Origin: a virus
Strand: one strand, 5' to 3'
DNA length: 64,000 nucleotides
Virus record (IMG/VR): IMGVR_UViG_3300021197_001350
Span: 1 to 64,000 of that record
Below are positions 29,631 through 40,113 of the stretch, piece by piece. The position numbers were made by a program, and so were the translations under genes. Position 1 is the stretch's first letter. Each line of letters starts with the position of its first letter. The notes under the pieces were generated by a model. It was not told the origin of the DNA. It saw only the letters and a list, made by a program, of their open reading frames with translations, and ran no database searches.

Positions 29631-31190
29631 TTAATATCGCTGAAGAGTCGGCCCCCGACCAATGTTCGTTAGCTTCACTTTATTCACAGTGGCTATAGCC
29701 CCAAAATCTATACCTGTTATCTTAATGCTATTAAGTGCATTTGGAGTTAAGGTTCCAACCTTACCTTCTGTTAATAAGTTTATCGGTATCTTGAAAGTAC
29801 CTAAGTTTGAAGTCCAATACCATGTCTTGTTTTGCTGCGCTGCATAATCAGGAAGCCTTACTTGCCTTGAAATGTTTGGGCGGCCCGTAGATGTGTTAGT
29901 ATAACCACCACCGCCTGGAGGAAAACACCCCAATGTTACTGGCCCCGCATTTGAAAGTAATATTGAGGATTTTTGTGGAGCTTTAATCCTTGTTGTATTA
30001 TTGTTTGTATAGAGCATCCCTGCGTCTTTCGCGCGAATCCCCTCAACACTTGCCGATGCAAATGTCTGGCTTCCACTAACGTTAGAGGCTGCATTGGTTT
30101 TTTTTGCCTGTCCTTTATATGTGTATGATATATTACACACACCCAGCCAAATCCTTCCGCCACTTATATTTGTTAAATTTGTTTTATTTAGAATCTTCCA
30201 AGTATCACCCAGTAATTCAAGGCATCGCTTTAGATCTATAAACATCAACTTATTAGAGGCACTGCCGTAGATTCCAGCCACAACCTCATTCCTCAATCTC
30301 TTATCACTAATCAAGTTATTGATAGTCTGAACGTTCCCCATATTATTTATGGTAAAATTGATATCAAGGTTTTCATATGGATCCATTGATTTTACTGAGA
30401 CTGATGGTGGCGACATCCATGTTAATTGTAACTTTTGCCCCCCTGTACCAATAGCATCAGCCAATACAGACTTATTGATAGTAAAATATTCTTTGCCGTT
30501 ATGCCTACTTATTGTGTCCTTATACTGAGATAGAGCAGTAAGTCCAGGAACTTTATCCGTATCTAGCTTACCCAAACTAGACACCTCTTTCCATTTGTTT
30601 ACCGCCACATCATTACTAAGATTTCCGCCCACCAACCTATATCCTAGTATAGTGCTTCCGTTCTTTGGGCTTGCTTGAGCAACGCCATCACCAAGTCGCT
30701 TCGCTGAGTCTTCAGATAAGGCATCAGCGTCAGCTTGCGATATTTTTGTTCCCGCGTTTGCCCGCCAAGCTGCCCATTCAAACTTACCTATATCATGGCT
30801 AATATAAAACTTACCAGTAGTCTCACCTAATATAATATCCTCATACGGATCCCATCCTAGTATTCTCTGTCCATGACCTGTCGCCATTTCTACATTTAAA
30901 ATCTCTGAGCTTGCAGCCACCCTTGACGAAGGCTGGTCATCTACTGGATTCCTTAGCACTATAGGAGCTTCGTCCTCTACAACCCAAACAGTCTTATCAA
31001 AAGTGTCATCTGCATTTGTTTTCCAATACTGTCCCGTTGGCCCAACAATCTCGCTACCATCACCCCTCTGCTCGTCCGTTCGCCTTTGCCATGTTACCTG
31101 CTGATCGGAATCATTAATCCCTGACATCCTCCAAGGTATATTGATACCCTGCTTTTTTTCCTTGGATCTTATGTATAGCTTTTTCGTCAT
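29631..31190 (-). CDS. Putative tail/structural protein
   Basis: Long ORF in tail module; beta-rich; ATGA overlap with upstream gene. Confidence 0.55.
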   Translation of the reverse strand: MTKKLYIRSKEKKQGINIPWRMSGINDSDQQVTWQRRTDEQRGDGSEIVGPTGQYWKTNADDTFDKTVWVVEDEAPIVLRNPVDDQPSSRVAASSEILNVEMATGHGQRILGWDPYEDIILGETTGKFYISHDIGKFEWAAWRANAGTKISQADADALSEDSAKRLGDGVAQASPKNGSTILGYRLVGGNLSNDVAVNKWKEVSSLGKLDTDKVPGLTALSQYKDTISRHNGKEYFTINKSVLADAIGTGGQKLQLTWMSPPSVSVKSMDPYENLDINFTINNMGNVQTINNLISDKRLRNEVVAGIYGSASNKLMFIDLKRCLELLGDTWKILNKTNLTNISGGRIWLGVCNISYTYKGQAKKTNAASNVSGSQTFASASVEGIRAKDAGMLYTNNNTTRIKAPQKSSILLSNAGPVTLGCFPPGGGGYTNTSTGRPNISRQVRLPDYAAQQNKTWYWTSNLGTFKIPINLLTEGKVGTLTPNALNSIKITGIDFGAIATVNKVKLTNIGRGPTLQRY

Positions 31191-33358
31191 TGTATATCCA
31201 GTGTTGCTCCAGTCCTTGGATCTATATTGACAAGATAATGCTCTTGCCTTTCAAACTCCTCGGTCTGTTCATTATACACATACTTTACCAGCACTAGCAA
31301 ATTGTAATCCCTCGCCAGTCCGTCAGGTGCATTAGGAGCCTGAGCTTCCACATTTGCTAATAAATCTCTAGGTGCATCTGGAACCCATCCGCCACCCTGT
31401 ATGCATTCACCGCTTGATGGCGTTCCTGTTTCAGTTGCACCAGTAAGAGTTCTTGATGATGCCGAGTCTACGCCATCCTCAATTGCCACTGAATAAGGAG
31501 CTTCTGCTAGGGGTACTAGGATAAAATAGCCTTTGCAAGGCACGTAACCTACAAGAGGACTCCTGTCATCAACCTCTTGGATAAACCCGAAAGCAACATA
31601 CTGCTCGCCATTAAACTCAAATGAGCGATAGTTCTCATTAACATCCAGGGCAAATTCGATGGATCCTTGCCCGACAGCATATGTTGTTATAGGGAATGCA
31701 GCGGGGTCAGTGTATGCAGGATCAAAATCAAGCACTTCACTTGTCTCTAGTACATTTTCAGGATCTGGAATTATCCATATATCATCATAGCCATCCACAT
31801 CCGTCATCTTATAGGCTACTGTATTAGTCCAACCCTGAAAGTAAGTCTCACGCTGACTCGATGTGGTTGCTCCGCTACCGCCAACAAATGGTGTCCCGAT
31901 AATGGTATCAATTAATTCATTTGACACTGATAATTTTTCAGTGGGATCATTGATCACATCCCCTAGTGGATCGCTAAACTGAATTGTCAAAGTACCCCTG
32001 TCAACAGCTGATGCCTGTTGTATCTCAGCACAGCCATCATGTATAGCGTTTAAGTTAGTCGGCTCATCTGGGAAGCATATCGTGCCTGTTGCATTTGAAA
32101 AGCAATACCCTAATTCATTTGGAGCTACGGGTAGGTAGTCTAATCCAGTTGGAGCAAGAGGCTCAGTGGTTGCAGGGTTTGCACTAATATTAACCACCAA
32201 GGTCGTTGGTGCTGACGGTGGTGTCCCTAATCCAGTTGGGCTATCTGCCAACAATCCTCGGAATACTAATATTGTTGGTGCTATAGGTTTCTGAAGCACA
32301 AAGCTTCTAATTCCTGTAGGTGCTTGAGCTTTTAAGGTTGCCTGTAGTCCGTCAGGAGCTGAAGCCACACCAACATAAGGATGCAGACCTGTAGGCCCGT
32401 AGTAAACAGTGCCATCATCATTAAGCAAACTAAAGTCAAGAGAAGATGGGGCAATCGTTACCTGAGCGTCTGAGTTGGATATAGCACACAAATGATAGTC
32501 TGTCTGCTTGCAGTTATCTACAAGTAAACTGTCGGGTGCATTTGGAAGTATTAAATGACTTAAACCATTTGGCGGAAGCCTAGGACTAACCACATAAAAA
32601 GTAATCTGAGGAGCGTTGGGTAATCCAACTAGCCTATCTGTAGTCTCTGAATCAATGCAACAAGTATTGTAGTACCCCTCTGAAACTGAGGGCATATCGA
32701 AAAGGGTCATGTCCTTCTCATCTAAATATAATATAGATCTCTCCTTGATATACATACCATAATACTCATTGTACAACTGTATATCTTTATCAACCTCTCT
32801 AACTATGTGAGCCTTGGCGTAGTCAGATACAACCTTAACCACCCTATGATCATATATAGTCTCATCAACATCACTGAAGTCCGTCTTAATACCCTCCCAG
32901 TCAAGTATTAATAACTCATCTGGGGTTAACTCTGGATATACATAAAATCCCCCAGGTCTTGTTTTATCCTCCATGATCTTGCCAGGAAACCTAGCTGACC
33001 TGCAGTCACTAAGACAACCCATTGACATTGAGTTTCTCTTACTCCAAGGCCACCTGTTAAGCGGAATAGATATGACTTTATCACCCTTAGGCTTTAGCAC
33101 AACAGCTTTAGTTATCTTTCCCTTACCTTTAGTGAAACCTTGTTGAAGTCCTGATAGCTCAATATCCTTAGCTTTATACATTTGGTCATAATAAAATGTA
33201 TCTCTATTTACTGACCTTAAGCTTGGAATAAATTGCTGTAACTCTATTACACCTGAAAGTATAACAGAATCAATATAGTTTTGAATACCCGCACCCTTTC
33301 GTTGTGCATCTACAGTTAGTAGAGTCCTAACAGATTCCTGAAACTCACTCCATATCAT
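31187..33358 (-). CDS. Head-tail adaptor-like N-terminal domain fused to P-x-A-P-T-G-L repeat region
   Basis: N-terminal ~220 aa with the helical-beta-helical adaptor pattern; repeated PNAP/APTGL units. Confidence 0.55.
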   Translation of the reverse strand: MIWSEFQESVRTLLTVDAQRKGAGIQNYIDSVILSGVIELQQFIPSLRSVNRDTFYYDQMYKAKDIELSGLQQGFTKGKGKITKAVVLKPKGDKVISIPLNRWPWSKRNSMSMGCLSDCRSARFPGKIMEDKTRPGGFYVYPELTPDELLILDWEGIKTDFSDVDETIYDHRVVKVVSDYAKAHIVREVDKDIQLYNEYYGMYIKERSILYLDEKDMTLFDMPSVSEGYYNTCCIDSETTDRLVGLPNAPQITFYVVSPRLPPNGLSHLILPNAPDSLLVDNCKQTDYHLCAISNSDAQVTIAPSSLDFSLLNDDGTVYYGPTGLHPYVGVASAPDGLQATLKAQAPTGIRSFVLQKPIAPTILVFRGLLADSPTGLGTPPSAPTTLVVNISANPATTEPLAPTGLDYLPVAPNELGYCFSNATGTICFPDEPTNLNAIHDGCAEIQQASAVDRGTLTIQFSDPLGDVINDPTEKLSVSNELIDTIIGTPFVGGSGATTSSQRETYFQGWTNTVAYKMTDVDGYDDIWIIPDPENVLETSEVLDFDPAYTDPAAFPITTYAVGQGSIEFALDVNENYRSFEFNGEQYVAFGFIQEVDDRSPLVGYVPCKGYFILVPLAEAPYSVAIEDGVDSASSRTLTGATETGTPSSGECIQGGGWVPDAPRDLLANVEAQAPNAPDGLARDYNLLVLVKYVYNEQTEEFERQEHYLVNIDPRTGATLDIQ

Positions 33359-33504
33359 TTCTTGTTTTGCCTATATAGTGCTATACTTATATGCACAAGA
33401 GTAAGTATACCGCAAACTAAACCCAACCAGGGATTGACATCGGTTAGTACGAAAGTGCCTCCTGTTCCAATTACAGCACCTAATGTTTGTGGTAAATCAT
33501 TCAT
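33355..33504 (-). CDS. 49-aa holin-like membrane protein MNDLPQTLGAVIGTGGTFVLTDVNPWLGLVCGILTLVHISIALYRQNKK
   Basis: Hand translation; two hydrophobic segments and a basic tail; ATGA coupling to 31187..33358. Confidence 0.65.
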   Translation of the reverse strand: MNDLPQTLGAVIGTGGTFVLTDVNPWLGLVCGILTLVHISIALYRQNKK

Positions 33505-33524
33505 CAATTTCCATAATTAACACT

Positions 33525-33782
33525 TTACTTGCGGCCTCCACAACATCCTTTTCTTCTAGGGGGAGGTTTATTTCCTGATCCAGCGGCTGGACTTCTAAGA
33601 ACGACTGTGCTTGGATTTTTTTTTTCAGGAGCATCTGGAACTTCAAATGCCTCTTTACTTGCTTTTAGTTTGCTTAACTCATCAGGATCGTTACCTCCGT
33701 AACCATACAGCCATGAGTGTCCGAGAAACTTGAGAGGTTTAAGTTCTATATCACCTATTTTTTTACTATAACTCGCTATCAT
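33525..33782 (-). CDS. Hypothetical protein ending in a KGCCGGRK motif
   Basis: ORF track; co-oriented with structural operon. Confidence 0.55.
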   Translation of the reverse strand: MIASYSKKIGDIELKPLKFLGHSWLYGYGGNDPDELSKLKASKEAFEVPDAPEKKNPSTVVLRSPAAGSGNKPPPRRKGCCGGRK

Positions 33783-33785
33783 AAA

Positions 33786-36635
33786 TTAATATCTTCTGGA
33801 TGACTTTCCGAACCTTCTACCAACAGTGGGCTGATTAAGGTTAACACCACCACCAAAACCTGTCTTGCCGCTAAAGCCTGGCTTGCCGCTAAAGCCTGAC
33901 TTTCTCCGAACCGAAGAAGTACCATCTGAATTCATAGTAAGCTTTTCTCCTCGATTGTTGGATTGCCTATACCTTTCCATAGCAGCTGATCGGTCTTGAT
34001 GACTGATCCTTCTGTTTATATCTCTCGTATTCTTATCCAATAAATTAATTCCTCTGGTTAGCCTTCCCTTCATACCGCCATCCGCTGCCCGATTTAACTC
34101 GTTAAGCTCACGCCTGTTTAAAGGTATCTGACCTTGTGCATTAGCAGGTATACCCTGATTGAGGGCATCAACCTCCATCATCATCATCCTTTCCCTATCA
34201 CTAAACTGAGGCTGCATTCCTCCCCTAAGTTGATTACGCTCAGCAGCAAGCTCTTGGCGAAACTGATCAGGGGTCTTGCCTGCAGCTCTCTGCTTATTAG
34301 CCTGAGCCTGCCGCCTCTCTCTAGGACTCATGCCCAAATAAGCTAAGTCGCCCTGCATTGCCATTGTATCTGCTTGAGAAATACCCAAGTATGGGTCTGG
34401 TCTATATAGACCAAGATTATCTCCCGCTCCTGCGGCTGGTGTATTCCTAGGTTGCATCCTCCCCATAGTATCCAAGATCATGCCTGGAACCATTCCCGTG
34501 TTGCCACCAGTCTGACTCCTGATATACTCCCCTTCATTCATCACGCCTTGACCTGCACCCGCACCTCTTAATGCGGTGGGAACATTACTAGCACCAGTAG
34601 CCCTACTCTGCCTAAATCCCTCAGGGTTCCTCGCATACGCCTCGGCATTAGGATAACTGTTCTTTATGTTATTCATCCTTTTCTGCCTCATCGTCTGTGC
34701 GTCAACCTGAGTGCCACTCTGAGCAGTCGGATTAAGAGCAAACCTCCCACCTGGGATTAGCTCAGCAGCGTTCCCTCTAAATCTTTGCCCGCGTGCCTTA
34801 CCGCCTGTTCGTTCTGTAACGCCAGGAGCATAAGATCTACTATCACCCACAAGATCAAGTGCGTCCCCAAATGTCTGCCGAATACCCTCCTGAGCCACAT
34901 TGCCCACAAAATTTGGCACATCAGCAACATACTGAGCTGCCATTCTTGCGTTGGCATTAGGGATAGCATCTCCAACTTGACTAGCAAGGCGACCCACTGC
35001 ATACCCTGGATTGCCTCCATATATTATATCTTCAGCACGATCCGTAACCATCTCTCCTACATTTTCCCCAACGCCCCTTCGGGAATGGGGAGATCGTGTA
35101 TATCCACCACCTATATTCCTATCGTAGTCATTAGCTCGCCTGTAGTCTTTTCCAAAATTCCTAACCGCATTAATTCCACCAGCAATCATACTGCCCGTGC
35201 CTCCTGCACCAGCCATATCTGCAATAGCTCCGCCAGTTTGAATTAACCTCCCACGCTTATCCCTAGCTGACTGATCGGCTACGGAGTCCATACCTATACT
35301 CTTTCTGTAGTCTTGAGCCGCACGCCTATTAGCAGTACCTTGCGCGCCTTGCATATCCCTATTCATGCTGGTTATAGCCTCAGCACCTAGCTGATTATCA
35401 TACATACCCCTGAGACCAACCTTACTGTCGGAATACTTGTTTTGTGCAGCCATTATCTTATTCCTGTCCTGCATCATATGATTTTTATGCGCTTGCGTTG
35501 CAGTACCATTTTGCTGCATTTGCTTATACTTCTCAAGATTAGCCGCATAAACTTTTCTTGCGTTAGCAATCTTTCCGTGATCACTCTGAAGACTACTTCT
35601 TCCTTCACTATAAAGTCTGGCGGTCTCAGCCTGATTCTGATTTAAACTTGGATACCGCTTCTCGTAAGCCTTACGCCTAGCTGCAGCATCTGCCATTCTA
35701 GCTCCAGCACTCATCGTTCCCTGCGTAACTGTCGAAGTTGATCGCTGCCCAGTTGGACGACTCTGCGATCTCATCTGGGCATCATTCACATATCTAGTAA
35801 AAGGATTATTTACTATAGGGCTTTCAGCTACCCTCTGACCGATATTACTATTAAAAACAGTATCTACGGTATTCAAAATAGGACTATTGTTTCTCGACAG
35901 TCCCTGAAATGCATCAGACACCCCAACAACAGGATTGCTACTTATCTGATTAGATAAGCGGGTCATTGGGCCAGTAGCACTACCTATGCCTGACCCTGGA
36001 TTATTTGCCCCGTAAAGACCCTTTGTATAGGCAGCTGTTCCACTCGAAGTCATTCCAGCATTACTAGCCATCGATTGCCCGAGTCCACCACCACCAGAAA
36101 TTAAAGGCCCATAGTTTCCTGTACTTTGCGCATTCCTTAACCCCGATGCAAGGCTGTTTGCGGCAAATGCCTTATTTAAGTTACTCCTTGCATTTGATAT
36201 ACTAGCACCCCTATTGGACGAACCGCCCCCACTACCAGTGATACCTCCAGGTCTTAATGTATTAAGATTGGAAAAGTTACTAGTTGTTATAGGTCTACTA
36301 CTACCACCACCTTGATAACTACTGCCGCCCGAACTTCGGGGACTAATCATAGGTGAGGTTGAACCCAGGGAGTTACGCAGAGACCCTAGGTTCGTTGCCA
36401 TTATTGATGACGCACCTGAGCCTCGATTAAGATTGCCACGAGATGCGGTAATTGCCGCACTTGCACTACCTAGGTTACCCCCCGCCGTAGACAAAGACGA
36501 GGAAGACCTATTCCTCGCCATGTTCCCAACACTAGCTCCGTAACCAGAATTAAAATTTCTGTTAGCTAAACTGCCTAGATTTGTAACATTGGTGGGCGGT
36601 GTATACCCAGAGCTATAACTATTGTACCTTGACAT
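33786..36635 (-). CDS. 949-aa basic G/S/N/R/Q-rich low-complexity protein, predicted largely disordered
   Basis: Composition; GGAGG-type SD upstream; directly after capsid gene. Confidence 0.8.
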   Translation of the reverse strand: MSRYNSYSSGYTPPTNVTNLGSLANRNFNSGYGASVGNMARNRSSSSLSTAGGNLGSASAAITASRGNLNRGSGASSIMATNLGSLRNSLGSTSPMISPRSSGGSSYQGGGSSRPITTSNFSNLNTLRPGGITGSGGGSSNRGASISNARSNLNKAFAANSLASGLRNAQSTGNYGPLISGGGGLGQSMASNAGMTSSGTAAYTKGLYGANNPGSGIGSATGPMTRLSNQISSNPVVGVSDAFQGLSRNNSPILNTVDTVFNSNIGQRVAESPIVNNPFTRYVNDAQMRSQSRPTGQRSTSTVTQGTMSAGARMADAAARRKAYEKRYPSLNQNQAETARLYSEGRSSLQSDHGKIANARKVYAANLEKYKQMQQNGTATQAHKNHMMQDRNKIMAAQNKYSDSKVGLRGMYDNQLGAEAITSMNRDMQGAQGTANRRAAQDYRKSIGMDSVADQSARDKRGRLIQTGGAIADMAGAGGTGSMIAGGINAVRNFGKDYRRANDYDRNIGGGYTRSPHSRRGVGENVGEMVTDRAEDIIYGGNPGYAVGRLASQVGDAIPNANARMAAQYVADVPNFVGNVAQEGIRQTFGDALDLVGDSRSYAPGVTERTGGKARGQRFRGNAAELIPGGRFALNPTAQSGTQVDAQTMRQKRMNNIKNSYPNAEAYARNPEGFRQSRATGASNVPTALRGAGAGQGVMNEGEYIRSQTGGNTGMVPGMILDTMGRMQPRNTPAAGAGDNLGLYRPDPYLGISQADTMAMQGDLAYLGMSPRERRQAQANKQRAAGKTPDQFRQELAAERNQLRGGMQPQFSDRERMMMMEVDALNQGIPANAQGQIPLNRRELNELNRAADGGMKGRLTRGINLLDKNTRDINRRISHQDRSAAMERYRQSNNRGEKLTMNSDGTSSVRRKSGFSGKPGFSGKTGFGGGVNLNQPTVGRRFGKSSRRY

Positions 36636-36650
36636 ATCATCCCCTCCCTA

Positions 36651-36676
36651 CCCTCTCCCCCCGAAGGAGGAGAGGG
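36651..36676 (-). promoter_or_regulatory. 11-bp stem with cUUCGg tetraloop after capsid stop; no U-tract
   Basis: Minus strand CCCTCTCCTCC-TTCG-GGGGGAGAGGG. Confidence 0.75.
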
Positions 36677-36694
36677 ATTAGAAAGGAAAGAAGA

Positions 36695-38653
36695 TTAGGG
36701 AATGTTATTGAATGCGTCCCCTGAGTCCATAACACCTGAGCCGTTAATAAGATCACCGCTAGCGAACACACTGAGCTTCGGAAGCGTATCGTTGAAGTTA
36801 CGCACTACGAGGTGACGCTGAGGGCGATCAAGCATCGTAGTCCAGCGTGTGGACTTGAGCTGATACTCCTTAACATTAGCCTCCATGCGGCACTTGTATA
36901 GCTCCTGAGCTTCAACATTAGGATGTTTACGGGTAACCGAGTTGGTTCCTGCAATACCTACATTGATGTCAGACCAATCAAGGAACCATAAATGGCGACC
37001 ATTCGCAGCAGCCTTAGCTGCCGTAATAGCCGAACCTGATAGGTCTGTGGAAGACTCAGATTGCTTAGCTGCACTCAAGTGATCATCAAAGAACTGATCA
37101 TGGAACACTGCAAGCTGAACACCAATCTCAGGGATGTCATACACATTGTAGTTAAACAACACCTGATTATCAAAGGTTAGCTTTTGTCCCTGATCAACGA
37201 ATCGATTGACCTGCGCGCCATACTTAGCCTGATAGTAACGACTGAATGCAACCATTAAGTTATCGGCAGTGTAGCGGTCGGTCATGCAGTCGATGACATC
37301 AATTGAGTCACCATCTGATTCGCGATAGCGTTTTAAGTAGTAGATCAATTGGAAGAGTGCATCCAAATCAAGCTGTCCTCCAGCGAAGTCTGCAACACGA
37401 GATGCCTCAACAAGCTGAGTATAGATACCAATCGCATTGGCTTTATACTCAAGCGGGCAACTTTCGCCAGAAGGCTGACCGCCTGGATACTCACCGTAAC
37501 TAGTTCCTGATTCAGGATCATGCACCTGTGGAAGACTAGTATAACCCTCAACAGTTTGACTATCACTAATTGCCTGACCAAAGAAGGTCGAACGCAACCA
37601 TGCATTCTCACTGTTACCTGCAGCAATCTTATTTTGCTCAGCAAGTGGGAGATACTTAAATCCAGCAGCATAAGGATTAACCTTACCATCAAGGATCTTC
37701 TGAAGCGTATCTTTATATACTCCATCAACCTGACGGGTCTCACGGCTGGTTTGCAACCAGTTAACAATGATACGCTGATTGAAGTCGGTTGGTTGATTCC
37801 TGCACCATTCTTCCCAGTCGGAAACATTATTTGTTCCAATCTGACAGAATCCCCCTGCTAATGCACCTGCTGTAGTCAATGAGCGATCCTTGACCTCAAG
37901 AAGAACATCTCCCTTGAGTGTGGCAGTGCCTTTGGCAGTAACCTCATAAGCATCCACGATTTCAAGATCAAGAACCTTAGATGCAGTGCCATCATAGGTA
38001 TATGCAATCAATGACATACCTGGAAGGAAGTATCTATCAATGGAAGTTGGCCCACCACGATAAGTGTTCAGAACACCAAGAGTGCTATTATCCTCTCCCC
38101 ATGCACCAGAAGTTACTTTAATATGATGGGTGTTCTGAACCCCAGCACCAGATGTCATCGCGGCTGGGATAGTATTGCCTGTCCATTTTGAAACAGTTGT
38201 ACCCTTCTTAGCCGCATCATCTAAATTACCGCCACCATCTGCGATCTGGAAGTAATTAGAGTTCTGATGTCCGCGCTGTCTGCGCTGAATGTAAGGAAGG
38301 ATGATACTTTGCTCATCTACCTTACTAGTGGACATTGCTGGCTTAATATCACGGAGTGAGCTTTTAAGAAGAGTAGCTAAACCCTTTTCTTGCACTCCCA
38401 AGATTTTTGCCTCGGCTGCTCCTGCAATTACTCGGGCGAGATCAGTCTCGACCATTGCGAGCTGCTCAAAAGTATCTGGGGTCATCCCCTGAATGTCTGC
38501 TCTTGTTAATGTACAACCAGTCGAGCTAGTTACATTAATCATGTTTGGAAGCAATGGATCCCCAGTGGATCCGAACCTACCGCTTTTTGTGTTAGTTAAG
38601 GTTCCCGCATCGGGTGCGGTTCCTGATAATTGTGTAATTTTTCCTGAAGCCAT
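36695..38653 (-). CDS. Major capsid protein (unusually long, 652 aa)
   Basis: Position after portal and scaffold, followed by a stable hairpin; AT-rich upstream intergenic region. Confidence 0.7.
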   Translation of the reverse strand: MASGKITQLSGTAPDAGTLTNTKSGRFGSTGDPLLPNMINVTSSTGCTLTRADIQGMTPDTFEQLAMVETDLARVIAGAAEAKILGVQEKGLATLLKSSLRDIKPAMSTSKVDEQSIILPYIQRRQRGHQNSNYFQIADGGGNLDDAAKKGTTVSKWTGNTIPAAMTSGAGVQNTHHIKVTSGAWGEDNSTLGVLNTYRGGPTSIDRYFLPGMSLIAYTYDGTASKVLDLEIVDAYEVTAKGTATLKGDVLLEVKDRSLTTAGALAGGFCQIGTNNVSDWEEWCRNQPTDFNQRIIVNWLQTSRETRQVDGVYKDTLQKILDGKVNPYAAGFKYLPLAEQNKIAAGNSENAWLRSTFFGQAISDSQTVEGYTSLPQVHDPESGTSYGEYPGGQPSGESCPLEYKANAIGIYTQLVEASRVADFAGGQLDLDALFQLIYYLKRYRESDGDSIDVIDCMTDRYTADNLMVAFSRYYQAKYGAQVNRFVDQGQKLTFDNQVLFNYNVYDIPEIGVQLAVFHDQFFDDHLSAAKQSESSTDLSGSAITAAKAAANGRHLWFLDWSDINVGIAGTNSVTRKHPNVEAQELYKCRMEANVKEYQLKSTRWTTMLDRPQRHLVVRNFNDTLPKLSVFASGDLINGSGVMDSGDAFNNIP

Positions 38654-38799
38654 GTCTTATATATATGTTGGTTAATAAATTGAACTTAACCTTACAATAT
38701 CACAATCAAGGTTAAAACGAGTATATTAAATAATATTACCTTAACTTTTACAGAATCACAAAATCTAACCCATTTGTTTCCTATTTTAAAAATAGAAAA

Positions 38800-40107
38800 T
38801 TAATCAAGTAGCATTGAAGCTAACCCAGATTTAACCTCTTCTCCCTTATTCTCACCTACAGGGGGCGGAGTTCTTGGTGTCGCAGTACGAGGTGTGGGTT
38901 CCTGGATGTTAGAACCGACTGGAGTTGATTTAGGTGCAGCTCCATATTTTGCAACTTTTTCTTGTATGTCTTTCACCTTTTTAGAAATAGTAGCTTTACT
39001 TGCAGACATGAAAGCACCCCTAACCCCATCAGCATCCCAAGTATAATGAGTTGCACGCTGTTCGGGTGTAAGCTTAGAGAATTCACTTCTAGTGACAAAA
39101 GATTTTCCATTCTTAGGCTTAGCAGTCTTTTTAAAAGCTTGACCGAGTGTCTCTATTCTTGATGCGAGTTGACCATGTTTTTGTGGATCGTACCTCTCAA
39201 GGCCATTATTGACACGCTCGAACTGCGAGATATACCGCTCTGCTGTCTTTAGCGTATTCTGTATGACCTCATTCTCGAATGGTCTGGCTTCTGCAAAAGC
39301 TTTCTTATCGGCATCAATCTCATTCCTTAAATCCTCAGGCACGGATTGCTCATAGTTCTTTTGACTATAATCCTTTAGTGTCTGCTTTACTTGGGGTTCG
39401 ATTTTTTGCTGGTGCAGTTGACTCTTGAGTTTTGATATCTCTACCCTTTGCCTACCTATCTCCGATGACACTTCTCTTTTTAAATCCTCTCGCTCAAGTT
39501 TCCGTATCATTGTGTCAGAAACATTAGGATCTAAATCTTCTTTCAGCTTCTTATAATCATCATCCCACTCTAAACTCTCTCCGCTTTCCAGCTTCTTACT
39601 GGCATATGCAGACTCCTTTTTATAGAAATCGAGATACTTGGAATGCATATCTTGATATACTGCAGGGGAAGACCCTGGGTTTTCCTTGTATATCTGTTCC
39701 GCAATCCTTGCCAACCTAAGCCTTTCTTTTTGCTCTGGCAGTAATCCCTCTTCAGGGTCAGGCTCTACGGGTTGCGTAACGGGCTGCTGTACAACTTGCT
39801 GTACAACCTGCTGTACGGGTTGTTGCTGCACAGGCTGAAGCGGAACCTCCCTTTCTCCTACCTTAGCAGGCTCTACCTCAGGTTCCTCATTGGGTTCCAC
39901 GGCTTCCACAGTTTCCGCATTCTTTAGTTTCTCCGCATCTTCAGGCAGGGTGGTTAGAATATCCGATAGTGTTTTCACTTGAGGTAGTCCAGTGTCTGCT
40001 GGGACGGCACTGTCTGTTTCAGCAGCCTCAAATAATGCATTCATTAAAGCATTACTCTTTGCACCCTCTTCTTGTTGCTCGCTTTGTTCTTCGCTTGATT
40101 CACTCAT
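38800..40107 (-). CDS. Capsid scaffolding protein
   Basis: Between portal and capsid; acidic and Q/P-rich N-terminus, helical middle, Pro-rich C-terminus. Confidence 0.7.
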   Translation of the reverse strand: MSESSEEQSEQQEEGAKSNALMNALFEAAETDSAVPADTGLPQVKTLSDILTTLPEDAEKLKNAETVEAVEPNEEPEVEPAKVGEREVPLQPVQQQPVQQVVQQVVQQPVTQPVEPDPEEGLLPEQKERLRLARIAEQIYKENPGSSPAVYQDMHSKYLDFYKKESAYASKKLESGESLEWDDDYKKLKEDLDPNVSDTMIRKLEREDLKREVSSEIGRQRVEISKLKSQLHQQKIEPQVKQTLKDYSQKNYEQSVPEDLRNEIDADKKAFAEARPFENEVIQNTLKTAERYISQFERVNNGLERYDPQKHGQLASRIETLGQAFKKTAKPKNGKSFVTRSEFSKLTPEQRATHYTWDADGVRGAFMSASKATISKKVKDIQEKVAKYGAAPKSTPVGSNIQEPTPRTATPRTPPPVGENKGEEVKSGLASMLLD

Positions 40108-40113
40108 ATTTTT

